This document shows positions 11,336 to 24,221 of a DNA stretch of 64,000 nt, in pieces. A program made the translations under genes and the position numbers. Below the pieces are notes generated by a model that saw only the letters and a program-made list of their open reading frames with translations, was not told the DNA's origin and made no database searches. The DNA comes from Octopus vulgaris. Its lineage: Eukaryota. How positions within the stretch are numbered: position 1 is the stretch's first letter; each line of letters begins with the position of its first letter. The stretch covers positions 21,080,001 through 21,144,000 of the forward strand of contig OX597821.1 in the NCBI GenBank assembly GCA_951406725.2. The letters run 5' to 3'.

Positions 11336-14300
11336 ACGTCGTTATGTTTATGTTGAGTGGAGTTATCGTTATGTTTATGTTGAAAAAAGTTCTAAATAAG
11401 GGGAGGTAATAAGTGATTTCTTCCGATGTAAGGGAGATAATCGCTTAAAATTCTTTTCCTTTCCTTTGGGGTGAATTTCTCTGTATAACTATGTTGGAAT
11501 GGTTAAGTCTGGGCTTGTACTTTTCAATGAAGAATGTTTCCTTGTTTAGTCTAGTTTGTGCTGATGATCCGAGAGCACATTGGTAAAATGGGAAGATTAA
11601 AAATTGTGGTAGTAGTTGCTTTGCGCATTTCTCAATGTATCGTTCTGTATTCTGGGAATGCAATCTGTTGTTGATGCAGTGTGAATCTACGTCTGAGTGA
11701 TAGCCCCGTGGATCCCACGTAGTCTTGGTGGCAGCACGAGCATTTTATGACATAAATTATGTTTTCAGAGGCACAAGTAAAATTAGATTTGATCTTGAAT
11801 TTCTGTCCCTATTTGAAACACAGAAGGACATCATACGCACCCGAATTAACCCAGCAAAAAGAAAAATAGGAAACATTGGGAATACAAACCTGCACAATAG
11901 AAAACTCGCCTTCTGGGACATGATAAAAAATTCCAACAAAGCAGATATATACGAGGGATGGATGAACTCAACACCAATTGTCCTCCCACGCAAATTCCAG
12001 ATAAAAATAATTCCTAACGAGCCTGACGGACAGAGAACTATTAGGGAATAGTCAGCTCTATTCAAGTTAAGATCAGAAATAGAGCTTCTAAAACTAAGGG
12101 CCTCCACAAATGAGGAAAAATTTAAAAGCATCGACGAGGAGATGCACGATATAATACAAAAAATCATATCGAAGGACAACCCCTCGAAAATACATTAGAT
12201 CATTGGAAGGATACCTGTGAAAAAGAAGAGAGAAATTCTCTCCTGCGCTGGGAAAAAAGCAACAATTTCTTCCAAAGATATAGTTTAACTTTCAAAAATG
12301 AATTGGGTACAAATAATCCCTTCCTTAAGAAAATTACAAAAAATAAAAAAGAAAAACCAAACAACCCACGAACAACCCCAACTATCCTCCATACACTAGA
12401 AACAGAAATCACCCACAACCAACATTTTCAAACCACGCAAGACTTAACAGGGAACAAGCTGACAGACAACGCGTCTATGAAATAAATTACACCAAAAACA
12501 GAACGCACCAACAATATCCTAATACCAGACCCAACCATCATACAGCACAAAACGTCACTAGAATAAGAAATACACCACACACAAGTCGCTACTACCCCAT
12601 GATTCAAAATTACTGGTCCCCACTGAACACAAGACAAACGCAAAAACCACTATGTCAAGCAACATCCCACATACAAGCAGTTCAAAACAAAAATATTTCA
12701 CATACAGAAATTTTACACACACCACAAACAAAAACAACCATAGATTCCCACACACACACAACAATCGGTGGCAACAATACCACCATTCCCCCGACCCAAT
12801 ATCACACAACCTCACAGACAACTCATACAATCAAAATTACACCCAACATTTTTTAGCCAGGGACCAGAGACACCAGGACACAGGCTGGAAAGTAGTAATA
12901 AGGAAAAACCGAAGATAATCAATCTTTCAACCAAACCTCTTTCTAACATAAAATTGACATCCTCTCAAAAGGGCTCAAATTTACACTAACTCCACGCAGA
13001 GCCAACCTAAATGAAATCAAGGATAATATAACAGAATTTTGCAGAAAATTAAGACTAGCAGAAGCATCAACCAGTTTCAATACTGAAGATGAATCACTAG
13101 TCAAGAACAAAAGTGAACGCATCCCCCACAGAGGAAGAAATAAAGATCTTGACGAATTCTGTAACCACATTGAGAACTTTCCCAACCATACTATACATAA
13201 ACAGAAAGTTAACTCAAATTTTAACACTACACAATGGAAGGAACTGATAGAACTTCAAAATGATGAAGATATAACCATTAAGGAAGCAGACAAGGGAAAT
13301 GCAGTTGTAATAATGGATATATCATACTATAGAAATCTTGTAATTTCCTTGCTTGATGACAACCTACATTATGAAAGAATTACCAACTACACCCCACAAA
13401 AAATAATGAAAACTCTATCTTCACTAATTAAAACCCATGAAAAGGAACTAACAACCAAAGAGATTGACTTTCTAACAAACTTTAAATGCAAACCTAGCCT
13501 TTTCTATGGTCTGCCAAAAATTCATAAATGAAACCATTAAAAAATCACCAAAGACATACACACACCTAACCCGGAGGACCTAAAACTACGACCCATTGTA
13601 GCTGGCCCAACCTGTGAAACACACAGACTAAGTCTATTTATGGACATCCTCCTGAAACCCTTCCTTAAACATATCGATAGCCATATCAGAGATGACTTAG
13701 ATATATTAAACCACCTTCCAAAAAAAGCCAAGGAAGAAACAATCATGGTTTCATTTGATGTAGTTAACTTATATACCAGTATACCTCATAATTATGGACT
13801 AGAGGCAATACAGTTCTGGCTGGACCAATTTCCGGAAGAAATACCAAAAGGATCAGTAAAGAATTCATTACTAAATCAATTGAATTCATCCTACATAATA
13901 ACCACTTCATGTTTGACAATACATTTTACCGTCAAAAATCCGGAATTGCTATGGGTACAAGGGCAGCACCAGTCATTGCGAACCTAACAATGGGCTACCT
14001 GGAAATAATCATTTACCAGGAATCTTTATCAATCTTTGGAAACCCCTCTCTCAATACATAAAAGAGAATTGGAAACGATTCCTGGACGATTGCTTTATAC
14101 TCTGGAATAAAAACACAGATAAACTCCTAAAATTTAAAAACCTATTGAAAAGCATAAACCCAAATATACAGTTCACAATGGAATACAACCAAAAGGAGCT
14201 CCCATTCTTGGATATACTAATTAAAAAAATTAACCTTAAAATAGAAACAGACATTTTTTACAAAGCCACAGACGCCAAGCAATACCTTCTTTTAATTCAT

Positions 14301-15292
14301 GCCACCCAAAACACACTAAAACAAACATCCCCTTCAACCTTGCAAGAAGAATATGCACAATAGTGTCAGAACAAAATACCAAGAACTTTAGACTGCAAGA
14401 ACTCAAAAACACCCTAATTGACAGACATTACCCAGCTCAACTCATAGAGGATGGGATCAGACGTGCAACAGAAATCAACATAGAAACTTTAAGAAAAGTT
14501 CAACACAACAACATACCTTCTCCGAAAATACTACCTTACATATCTACATACAACCCCAGAAACAAAGAAGCCTTCACCATCATCACCCAGAATTTACCAA
14601 TACTTCATAAGGACCCCAAATTAAAGGAAATTCTAAACATACACCAAATCATTAAAAGCTACAAACAACCTAAATCACTTAAAAAGGTTCTCACAAAGGC
14701 AAAATTGTTTTCTGAAATTACGGATGCAAAAGTAAAAAAATGTGGTAGACCGAACTGTGCAACATGTCCAAACCTGCTAGAAGGATCAGAATTCCTCTTC
14801 AAAGAGGGACAGAAATTCAAGATCAAATCTAATTTTACTTGTGCCTCTGAAAACATAATTTATGTCATAAAATGCTCGGGCTGCCACCAAGACTACATGG
14901 GATCCACGGGACTATCACTCAGACGTAGATGCACACTGCATCGACAACAGATTGCATTCCCAGAATACAGAATGATACCTTTAATGAGCACATTGAGAAA
15001 TGCGCAAAGCAACTACTACCACAATTTTTAATCTTTCCATTTTACCAATGTGCTCTCGGATCATCAACACAAACTAGACTAAACAAGGAAACATTCTTCA
15101 TTGAAAAGTACAAGCCCAGACTTAACCATTCCAACATAGTTATACAGAGAAATTCACCCCAAAGGAAAGGAAAAGAATTTTAAGCGATTATCTCCCTTAC
15201 ATCGGAAGAAATCACTTATTATCTCCCCTTATTTAGAACTTTTTTCAACATAAACATAACGATAACTCTACTCAACATAAACATAACGACGT

Positions 15293-15331
15293 AAGAAATT
15301 TGAAAAGCTAAACGCGAAACCGGTCTTTCTT
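15293..15331 (+). ncRNA. Minimal type I hammerhead-like motif in the Penelope 3' UTR (variant core)
   Basis: Stem I AAGAAA/TTTCTT; TTGAAAA in place of CTGANGA; GC-TAAAC-GC; GAAAC-CG-GTC with palindromic ACCGGT. Confidence 0.6.
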
Positions 15332-15485
15332 CTAAACTATGTCATTGTAAGGAAAAATATTCTTCAGACATATTGACTTAAATATATATTCTTTAACCTT
15401 TTAAAACAAGTCTTCTGTAGTTTTTTCACTGTTTACTATTTTCTCTATATTCAACCACGTCCTTTCACAAACCAACTTTCTTATC

Positions 15486-15545
<60 letters not shown>

Positions 15546-15547
<2 letters not shown>

Positions 15548-16067
15548 CAAAAGGGTAATAATATAGATTAGTACCAGTGGCCCAGCACAAAGGACGAATT
15601 AGTCATTAGACAAAATATTATTCATGTAGAAATATAATTAAGGGCTCCTAAATAAGGATGCCAAGTGCTAGGGACACAAAAAAGGGATAAATTTATCGAG
15701 AGCGAAAATCAAGAACATTTACCGATAACGTTACATCCCGGACTGATATCAGTTTCTACCTCTTTCTAGCAAAACAGACAGAATATGTTTCCTAAGGCTG
15801 GTTTCATCAGCGAGACGCCTCAGTTAGGACGAGATGCGCAGCGCGTTAGACCATGCGTTGATCTAAACAACTTGCAGATCTTAACTTTTCAAATCTCTGT
15901 GCAGACGCAAAACCTACCCGGCGATATAGGGCATGCCGGGAAGGAATTTTACGAATAAATCCATGTATCGTTATCGGTAAATATTTTTGATTTTCACTCT
16001 CGATAAATTTATCCCTTTTTTGTGTCCCTAGCACTTGGCATCCTTATTTAGGAGCCCTTAATTATAT
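15546..16067 (-). mobile_element. Non-coding hammerhead-bearing fold-back element in (TA)n
   Basis: Inverted arms 15632-15736 / 15963-16067; internal hammerhead; (TA)n on both sides. Confidence 0.75.
15733..15818 (-). ncRNA. Type I hammerhead ribozyme, intact core, extended stem II
   Basis: Minus strand: GCGTCTCG-CTGATGA-A-ACC...GGT-A-GAAA-CTGATATCAG-TC-CGGGATGT; 8-bp stem I (3 G.U pairs), palindromic stem III ACTGATATCAGT, GUC triplet. Confidence 0.85.
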
Positions 16068-16080
16068 ATATATATATGTA

Positions 16081-16170
<90 letters not shown>

Positions 16171-17621
16171 GTTAGAGAGAGAATGAGAGAATGAGAGAGA
16201 GAGAGAGAGATGGAGATGGAGAGAATCATAGACAGATAAACCGAGACAGAGACAGACTAATACATACATAGATACATATATACATTCATACATACATACA
16301 TACATACATATGTACATACATACATACATACATACATACATACATACATACATACATACATACATACATACATACATACATACATACAAACAGCTTTCTC
16401 TTTGATGGTACTACATTTTTAAAAAATTAAAGACCCGCTCAAACTATTATACGCTGCAATTTGTTCCCCGCAGTTTTATTTCTCTATGTTCTTATTGGTA
16501 AGAAACTTTTATGAGATGTTACTTTATACTAATGTAGGAAATTGTATCCAGAAAACAGTAAGTCATAAGTCCTGATATATTCAACTCATGAGTTGAATTT
16601 ATTTCTGATCATGTTTTGTTTTTTTTTTACGATATCATTTGCCCTCAAGAGAAAAATGTGGGTTTTGTTCATGATGAGAATTACTGGAAGAGAATTTCTT
16701 ACGATTCACTGATCTGTGATTTCAAAACCTGCTTACTAATCAAATATGCGTTTAATTCTTTCGGGGTTCTTAACCATTTCAGTGCAAATGGTGTGCCAGA
16801 ATTGTTGACTGGAGTGCTTTAAGTAATATTGTAGCCCTGAATATACTAACTTCAAATCCCATCATAGCACTCGTGCGTGGCAGCCGTAATACATTATTCT
16901 TTTTAACACCTGTCAAATTGGGTGCATTCAGTGCAATCCACTTTATTGTAATCTTGGTTTCTCTAATACATTGAAGGTGTCTCCTCTGCCCTCCCTCCTG
17001 CTAAACTGATATGTACTGCAAAGATGAAGAACATTGCCTTCTATCCTGACAAGAAGTGAAAGAAAAATAGCCTAGAGTTGGTTAAATCATTATTTTTGAG
17101 TCTCTTTTGGTTGAAAGTGCAGATATTTCTAGCCATGGATTTATTTTAAAAAATAGTTTTAGAGTTAACATCATCTTTATCAAAAAGTCTACAGATAAAT
17201 GCTTTATTAGTTCAAAATACATGGATTCTGTTTAATTATAATGAGAATATATTGACAGACTGCTGCCGTTGGAAATATCTTACTTCACAAAGCTTGAATT
17301 TGGAATAATTTGAATTGATCAAAGCTTTCGCTGCTTTTGGTTATGACACTCCTGATAAATAGAGAGAAAATAACATCTTAAAATATATTACCAGCATGGG
17401 TCATTTCAAGAATGTATCTACATCATTAAAAACAAATAGTTTCATAATTTGTTTTTCAAATTAGTTGCAATTAATATTTTTTAGTAGAATGTTAAGGTAG
17501 TTAGCTAAAAAAAAAAGGAACACCTTAAATTACTGCCCCAGGAAATTTCCATCATTATTAGTTACACACACAAACACATCCAGACACAGGCGCGCAAACA
17601 CTCTAACATATACAGACAGGC

Positions 17622-17686
<65 letters not shown>

Positions 17687-17801
17687 CATACATACATACA
17701 TACATACATACATACATACATACATACATACATAGGTAGATAGATGTATAGATAGACAGATAGATAGACTAGATACATAGATAGATATATAGGTAGATAG
17801 C

Positions 17802-17868
<67 letters not shown>

Positions 17869-17877
17869 GTAGGTAGG

Positions 17878-17948
<71 letters not shown>

Positions 17949-18043
17949 GTAGGTAGATAGATGGATAGATAGATAGATAAATAGATAGAGAGAGAGAGAA
18001 AGATGGATAGGTGGATAGATGGATAGAGAGATAGATAGACTTT

Positions 18044-18130
<87 letters not shown>

Positions 18131-18144
18131 CATACATACATACA

Positions 18145-18175
<31 letters not shown>
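17622..18175. repeat. Compound (GATA)n/(CATA)n microsatellite
   Basis: Direct reading. Confidence 0.95.
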
Positions 18176-20632
18176 GTTTCTTTATTGGCCACACAGGGCT
18201 GCACACAAACGGGACGGATTACAAAGTAGAGATTTTCTTTATTTGGAAAAAAAAATTGGGTTAGGTTTTCGAACAAAAGGGATCGTAAAAGGGAAAAAAG
18301 GAAAAAAAGAAAAAAAGGAAAAGAAACAAAAAAAAAACAAAAAGTAAAAAAGGAGTAAAAAAGGAAAACAGGAGAAAAAGAAAAAAAACGATTAATAGTG
18401 ATCGTGTATCACAGTGTCATGATGTACGGTGTAAAGGGGGAGGCAGATAAGGTTTATCCGTGGGAAGAAAAGCCGATGGAAAAGACCACGGTAACCTCGG
18501 TCAATATTGTTACATGTTACCACATTTGTTTGCAAGTGGGTAACCCTCTGTTTCCAATTTCTGGGTTCATAGGATTATGCTCAAGGTGGCTTCGTCATTC
18601 ATACGTGCCATCCTTGCTACATTCACCCATCTTTTTTTAAAACATTCGTTAGACATAACTTGCCTCTCTACTCTCACTTTCCTTTTCAAGTGGTACTTGA
18701 AGAAGTTGATGAGAGTTTGACCAGAGAGGAAAGTGTTTGTCTCCAATCCTTTCAGACGCGTCCACCAGATACATTCTTTCGCCATAGCCACAAGGATGAT
18801 GAAAATAGCTCTTCCTTCCCGTTTGAAGGAAGGAGGCGTAACAATATTGAAGATAGACTCAGCTGATAAACAGACTCGTCCCACACGTGACAGCAGTTGT
18901 TCGACATAGGCCCACAGGTCGGAAATTGTTGGACACTGCATGCGTGCGTGTAGAACGGTTTCGTTGCTCTGACCGCATCTCGGCCCCGTGTTTCTCGAGC
19001 CGTGTCTGTAGAACTTATCCCGAACGGGTAGCGCTTCTCCGTAGCACTGCCAGGACAGGGATCTCTGGAAGTTGTCCATGGGCCCTGGCCCGAAAGTCGT
19101 CCCGAACAGGCGGGTCAGGTATTCCTCGTCGACGTCCAGGTTCGCCACGAGCTCGTCGTCGTACCCCCTCCATTAATCCCCTATTGAATGCTTGGGTTGT
19201 GTTGGAGTCACTCAAGGTCGACCCGGGACGACAGAGTTGCTTGAGAGCAACGTGACACTCGCAGTGCCATTCGCCCTTCCTCGGCCACTTTTTGATCCAC
19301 GATTGCAGTTCGGTCATGGAGACGTGTTGCGGGAAAGCGTGCCTCACAAACGGCGACCACACCTGTTCACCGTCGTCTACGTAGAGCACCTGTCTGCGCA
19401 TCATCAACCACGGCATGGGGATTAATGGGGATTAATGGAGGGGGTACGACGACGAGCTCAGGGCGAACCTGGACATCGACGAGGAATACATGACCCGCCT
19501 GTTCGGGACGACTTTCGGGCCAGGGCCCATGGACAACTTCCAGAGATCCCTGGCCTGGCAGTGCTACGGAGAAGCGCTACCCGTTCGAGATAAGCTCTAC
19601 AAAGGGTGTTGACAGCAAATGGATCGCCTGACCATCGGGACGCATCCTTTCCACAAGAAGCGGAAGAGAATGCGTTCTAGTTTGGTGATGGTAGGATCGG
19701 GACAAGGCACGACGGCCAGGCGTTAGTAGATGATGGACGCGATGTACGAGTTCGCCAGCTCATCCCGACCTTTTAGGGACAGTTTCCTCTCGGTCCATTG
19801 CCGGGTGAGAGTGACCACCCTACTTGTTATCTCGTTCCAGTTCTTCTCCATTTGGAGGTCCTGAACAAACCAGACCCCGAGCAACTCGACTGGACCGTCG
19901 ATCCAGCGTCCCACGACGGAGGCGCTGGTGGACGGCATGGGCTTGCTTCTCCAGGTGCCGAGTCGCAAGCCCACTGATTTTTCCCGGTTTATTTTCGCTC
20001 CTGTCACCGCTTTGTAGTTTTTCAGTGTCTCGCCGACCTGCTCCATGGGCTCGTGGCTAGACACTATGACGGTGACGTCGTCCGCGTAAGCAGACACGCT
20101 CGTCCCGCATCCCAGTTCTCGCGGGATGTCCCTCAGAGTTGCCAGCTTCCGCAATAATGGCTCGAGAGTCAATACGTATAGAAGCGACGAGAGGGGGCAT
20201 CCCTGACGGACCGAACGTGCGATGTCGAACGGTCTCGATAGATGTCCATTTACGCGAATTTCCGAACAAATACCTCTGTACAAAGCGGCTGTCCAGCCAC
20301 GGAAGACGAGACCGAAGCCAGCCGCTCTGAGGACAGCCTCCAATTATCGATGGTCTACCCTATCGAAAGCTTTCGATTGATCCAAATTGATCAGCGCCCC
20401 ACCCATTCCAGGTTCCTTAACTACCATGTCTATGATGTGGCGTATTAGGTGGAGGTTGTCATGGATGCTCCGGCCCGGCACGGCGCACGTTTGTGCCTTG
20501 TCGACCAGTTTCTCGATGACAAGCGCCAACCTCTTGGCTAACACCTTGGCCAAAATTTTCAAGTCTGCATTAAGCAGAGTGATGGGCATAAAGTTATCTA
20601 TTACATTCCCCTTGTTTCGAACTTTCTTCAGC

Positions 20633-20633
<1 letters not shown>
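18176..20633 (-). mobile_element. L1/Tx1-clade LINE, 5'-truncated ORF2 plus 3' UTR
   Basis: PITLLNADLKILAK, DQSKAFDRVDH, SVRQGCPLS, AYADD, zf-RVT-like segment (RCGQSNETVLH..C); premature stops at 20344 and 19723; T-rich UTR, AATAAA and (TATG)n tail. Confidence 0.92.
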
Positions 20634-20710
<77 letters not shown>

Positions 20711-20754
20711 TTACGGTTACCATACGAGTTTCAGAGTGCGCATGTGTGTGTATA

Positions 20755-21230
20755 TAGCTAGATAATTTGATATCTAGAAAGATGCAGAAATAACCAGCGT
20801 TGTTGCCTATGCTAATCAATTGAGAGAAGTAACAATAAAGCGCTTTAAACAATTTTCCTTCTTCTATATCAAATATCTTCCTAGAATTCTCTTTTCCAAT
20901 AGAGAACGATGTAACACAACACAGCATGACTACATGATATCCTTCATCAAAATTTTTTTTATCTATTTTCTCTTTTCTCTACCAAATGAATCTAAGCTAC
21001 ATGCCGCCATTACAGTCGAAATGTCTAAGGCAGAATTTGAAATACCACAATCGTAAAATACGCAAAGGAAAGCGGTTCTTAAGAGATCAACCTCACTCCA
21101 CATTAGAATAGCAGGAAATACTGAAAGTACTTTTAAAATGTCGACTAAAAGTAATTTTGGCATTATGGAATCTCAAACAGATAATAATTAAAAAGGTGGC
21201 GAGATTTTGTTAAAACAAATATCGGGTTTT
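20755..21230 (-). pseudogene. Decayed paralogous exon, copy B (possibly galectin-like)
   Basis: One register over ~140 codons with four stops: LRFHNAKITFSRHFKSTFSISC...FKFCLRHFDCNGG..FIW*RKEKIDKKNFDEGYHVVMLCCVTSFSIGKENSRKIFD...GYFCIFLDIKLSS; acceptor AG mutated. Confidence 0.65.
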
Positions 21231-21301
21231 ATAAATAACTGTTATTAAACTCTATTTCTAAATGTCTTGGCGAGTGAGCTTGTGTACACATACATGATAT
21301 A

Positions 21302-21332
<31 letters not shown>

Positions 21333-21540
21333 CGCATTATATATACATATAAATATTATGTATGCATAAGTAATATGTATACATATATATGCGTGTGTGT
21401 ATGTGTCTGTGTGTCTATATGTGTGTATGCATATGTGTGTATGTGTGTGTGTGTCTGTGTGTGTGTGTGTGTGTGTGTATTAAGCAGTGATATGGATGAA
21501 ATGAATTGTAGGTTAGTTAAAATATGTATGTGAAACATCT

Positions 21541-22240
21541 CAGCTTCTAAAAGCTAATTCGCTGCAGTTGATGTGGAGAAAAACTTCTCAGTTCTGGTAA
21601 AATGTGTAGAAAATCTACAGTTGTTTAGTAGCCTCCAGCCCGTCATCAGACTCTCAGACACGTTTCTGCCTCTTTAGCGTTCACCTGTAGGAAATATCGA
21701 AGAGTGATAATTCGAGCAGATTCTAAAATTTTAGATATTGCTAGTGGTAGGTAGTTTGTTTAGATTTTGCTTTAGATATTAGTTCGGAAACAGTTTGAAC
21801 GTAATGAGATCAATTTCATCTCTTATGTGCCTCGGTATGATGTTCAAGAGAGCAGAGCCGGTTGAGGTGAAATAGTTCTTTGCCAGTGTTGTGATGTTAT
21901 GAGAACGTAAATTGTCGAAAGAATGGGGACCAAGTCTTGGATGAACTATAAAATTTATGTCAACATCATTTGGGCAATGCTACCGGGATATTTTAGCCAT
22001 CACACATATAATATAGCCCTAGCGACGACGTTGGAAAGAATAAAGTTTTAGTCTATGAGAAAATCCCAATTATCAACTCCAGCCACGTCATCTGTTATTT
22101 TCGTGATTGGTCTCTGTGGATGGGGGGGGGGGCGCCTCTTCAAATATTTTGCATCTTTTAGGAAGACTACAGCGGACAACAGTATGCAAGATAAAGGCGG
22201 GCGAAAATGAAGAGGAAAAAGATAATCGTAGTAGTGTCGA
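21541..22240 (-). mobile_element. CR1-group LINE 3' remnant
   Basis: QRPITKITDDVAGVDNWD..KLYSFQRRR...HCPNDVDINFIVHPRLG. Confidence 0.75.
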
Positions 22241-22332
22241 CCATATACATACATGCATACATACATACATACATACATACATACATACATACATACATAC
22301 ATACATACATAAAGGAGAAATAAGTTTATTAA

Positions 22333-22761
22333 ATCTCTGAGCGAGATATTAACAGTAGCATTACGGAATCGTAATATATAATTGCCAACCAAAGCCTCAG
22401 CTGGCTAATAACACACATTCTCCTTCTTCAACCTCAGTGACAGTTTGTCGCTGTAAAAAAGGATATAGTATTTTGCGAGTGAAATGAGTTATCATCACTA
22501 GCTAGTGATTAACACACGCTGAGGACAGGTAACCATCCAGAAACTTGTGTCCGTGTGTATCATGTAAGGCGAGAGACGTGGGGGAGGCGGATGACATCTC
22601 ATTCCAAATACTAATCGGACACACAATGTTAGCCAGCTGGAAGAGATGTCTTCCTGGGTCTATAAACGTCAGTAGCACAGTCCAGTAGAGGCCACCACAC
22701 TTGGTTGGCAATTATATGTTACGATTCCATATTGGTGCTGTTTATATCTGCGCTCAGAGAT
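22333..22761. mobile_element. MITE with ~60-bp TIRs flanked by TTAA
   Basis: ATCTCTGAGCG...TAATTGCCAACCAA / TTGGTTGGCAATTA...CGCTCAGAGAT; TTAA at 22329-22332 and 22762-22765. Confidence 0.75.
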
Positions 22762-22769
22762 TTAATATA

Positions 22770-22978
22770 TATTTCTTTACTACCCACAAGGGGCTAAACA
22801 CAGACGGACAGAGAAACTGATTAAGTCGATTACATTGACCCCAGTGCGTAACTGGTACTTAATTTATCGACCCCGAAATGATGAAAGCCAAAGTCGACCT
22901 CGGCGGAATTTGAACCCAGAACGTAACGGCAGACGAAATACGGCTACGTATTTCGCCCGGCGTGCTAACGTTTCTGCC
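22770..22978 (-). mobile_element. tRNA-derived SINE (family B) with 12-bp TSD
   Basis: Family B core; TSD AGATTTAATATA at 22758-22769 and 22979-22990. Confidence 0.9.
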
Positions 22979-23009
22979 AGATTTAATATAGTTTATTTCT
23001 CCTTTTTCG

Positions 23010-23200
23010 AGATCAGCTGGAAAAGTATTCGGTATTTTGTGAGTGGAGTGAGTTTTCATCACCAGCTGGTGATCAACACATGCTGAGGATGAGTAAGCGG
23101 AGAGAGAAAACGTGTCGTTAGCCAGTGATGCCTTCCGGGGGCTGTAAACGTTAGTAGCACTGTCCTGTACAGGACGAAGTACTTTGTTGGCATTTATATG

Positions 23201-23205
<5 letters not shown>
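23010..23205. mobile_element. Partial second copy related to the 22333-22761 MITE
   Basis: Shares TATTTTG.GAGTG.A.TGAGTT.TCATCAC.AGCT.GTGAT.AACACA.GCTGAGGA and AAACGT.AGTAGCAC with the MITE interior. Confidence 0.6.
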
Positions 23206-23290
<85 letters not shown>

Positions 23291-23714
23291 TATGTATATA
23301 TGTACGTATACATATATAAATTTATATATATATATATATATTTCATGTTAAGTTATACTAATTGCATTGGTATGCGTGCGCGTTTCTATCTCTCTCTGTC
23401 TATTTATCTATCTATACATACATACATATATGTGTGTGCGCGCGTGTGTGTGTGTATGTATGTATGTATGTATGTATGTATGTATGTGTTTGTGTGTGTA
23501 TATACATATGTGTGTATGTATATATATATTTGACTGGCGTCATATATAGTGTCCGCCTACCAAAGTCATTCACAATAGCATCGGACGGTCCGGACTATAA
23601 TAGAAACCAATTGTCCAATGTGCCCCGTAATCGAAATGAAGACGACAAACCACTCGTTTTCAAAACTAACTTTTTAACCACACAATATGTATAGATGGTT
23701 CTGTATCGCATAAA

Positions 23715-24188
23715 GTAGTTTTGTTCGATATCTAAAAATATACACATATCTGCCTCACTGTCCACTCAGCATGATCGATACAAACAATAATAACACGATA
23801 CAAACCATTCAGATTCCCCTGTATCAAATATCCTATCTTTCTTGTTTCCAATATAGAACGATTTAATACAACACACCATGTGTATATGATATCCTTCATT
23901 GGAGTTTTTATCTATTTTCTCATTTATTGTATCAAATGAAAGCCAGTCTCTTGCCGCCATTATAGTCGACAAGTCTAACGTCAAAGCTGAATTAAGACGA
24001 CATTGGAAAAATAATATTAAATATCAAGAGAACAGTTCAAGTCTACATTAAAGCTGATAGGAGATAATCAACATTTATTTAATCTGTCGTCTAAAAGTAA
24101 TTTCCACATTTCAGTATCTCGGTATATCTTATAAAATAAAGTAAAATAAGATATTTAGAGGATCTGCTGAAGAAAGGAATCATATATT
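23715..24188 (-). pseudogene. Decayed paralogous exon, copy C (possibly galectin-like)
   Basis: Acceptor TATTTCAG|; NVEITFRRQIK..FSFDVRLVDYNGGKRLAFI..EKIDKNSNEGYHIHMVCCIKSFYIG..IFD..CIFLDIE, with frameshifts. Confidence 0.6.
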
Positions 24189-24221
24189 CTGAAATACTTA
24201 ATGTTTCTGTCACCGTTAGTA

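Noticed and set aside
16400-17530. Non-repetitive stretch that could be a decayed transposase or exon
   Set aside because: No recognisable motif or sustained reading frame found by eye.
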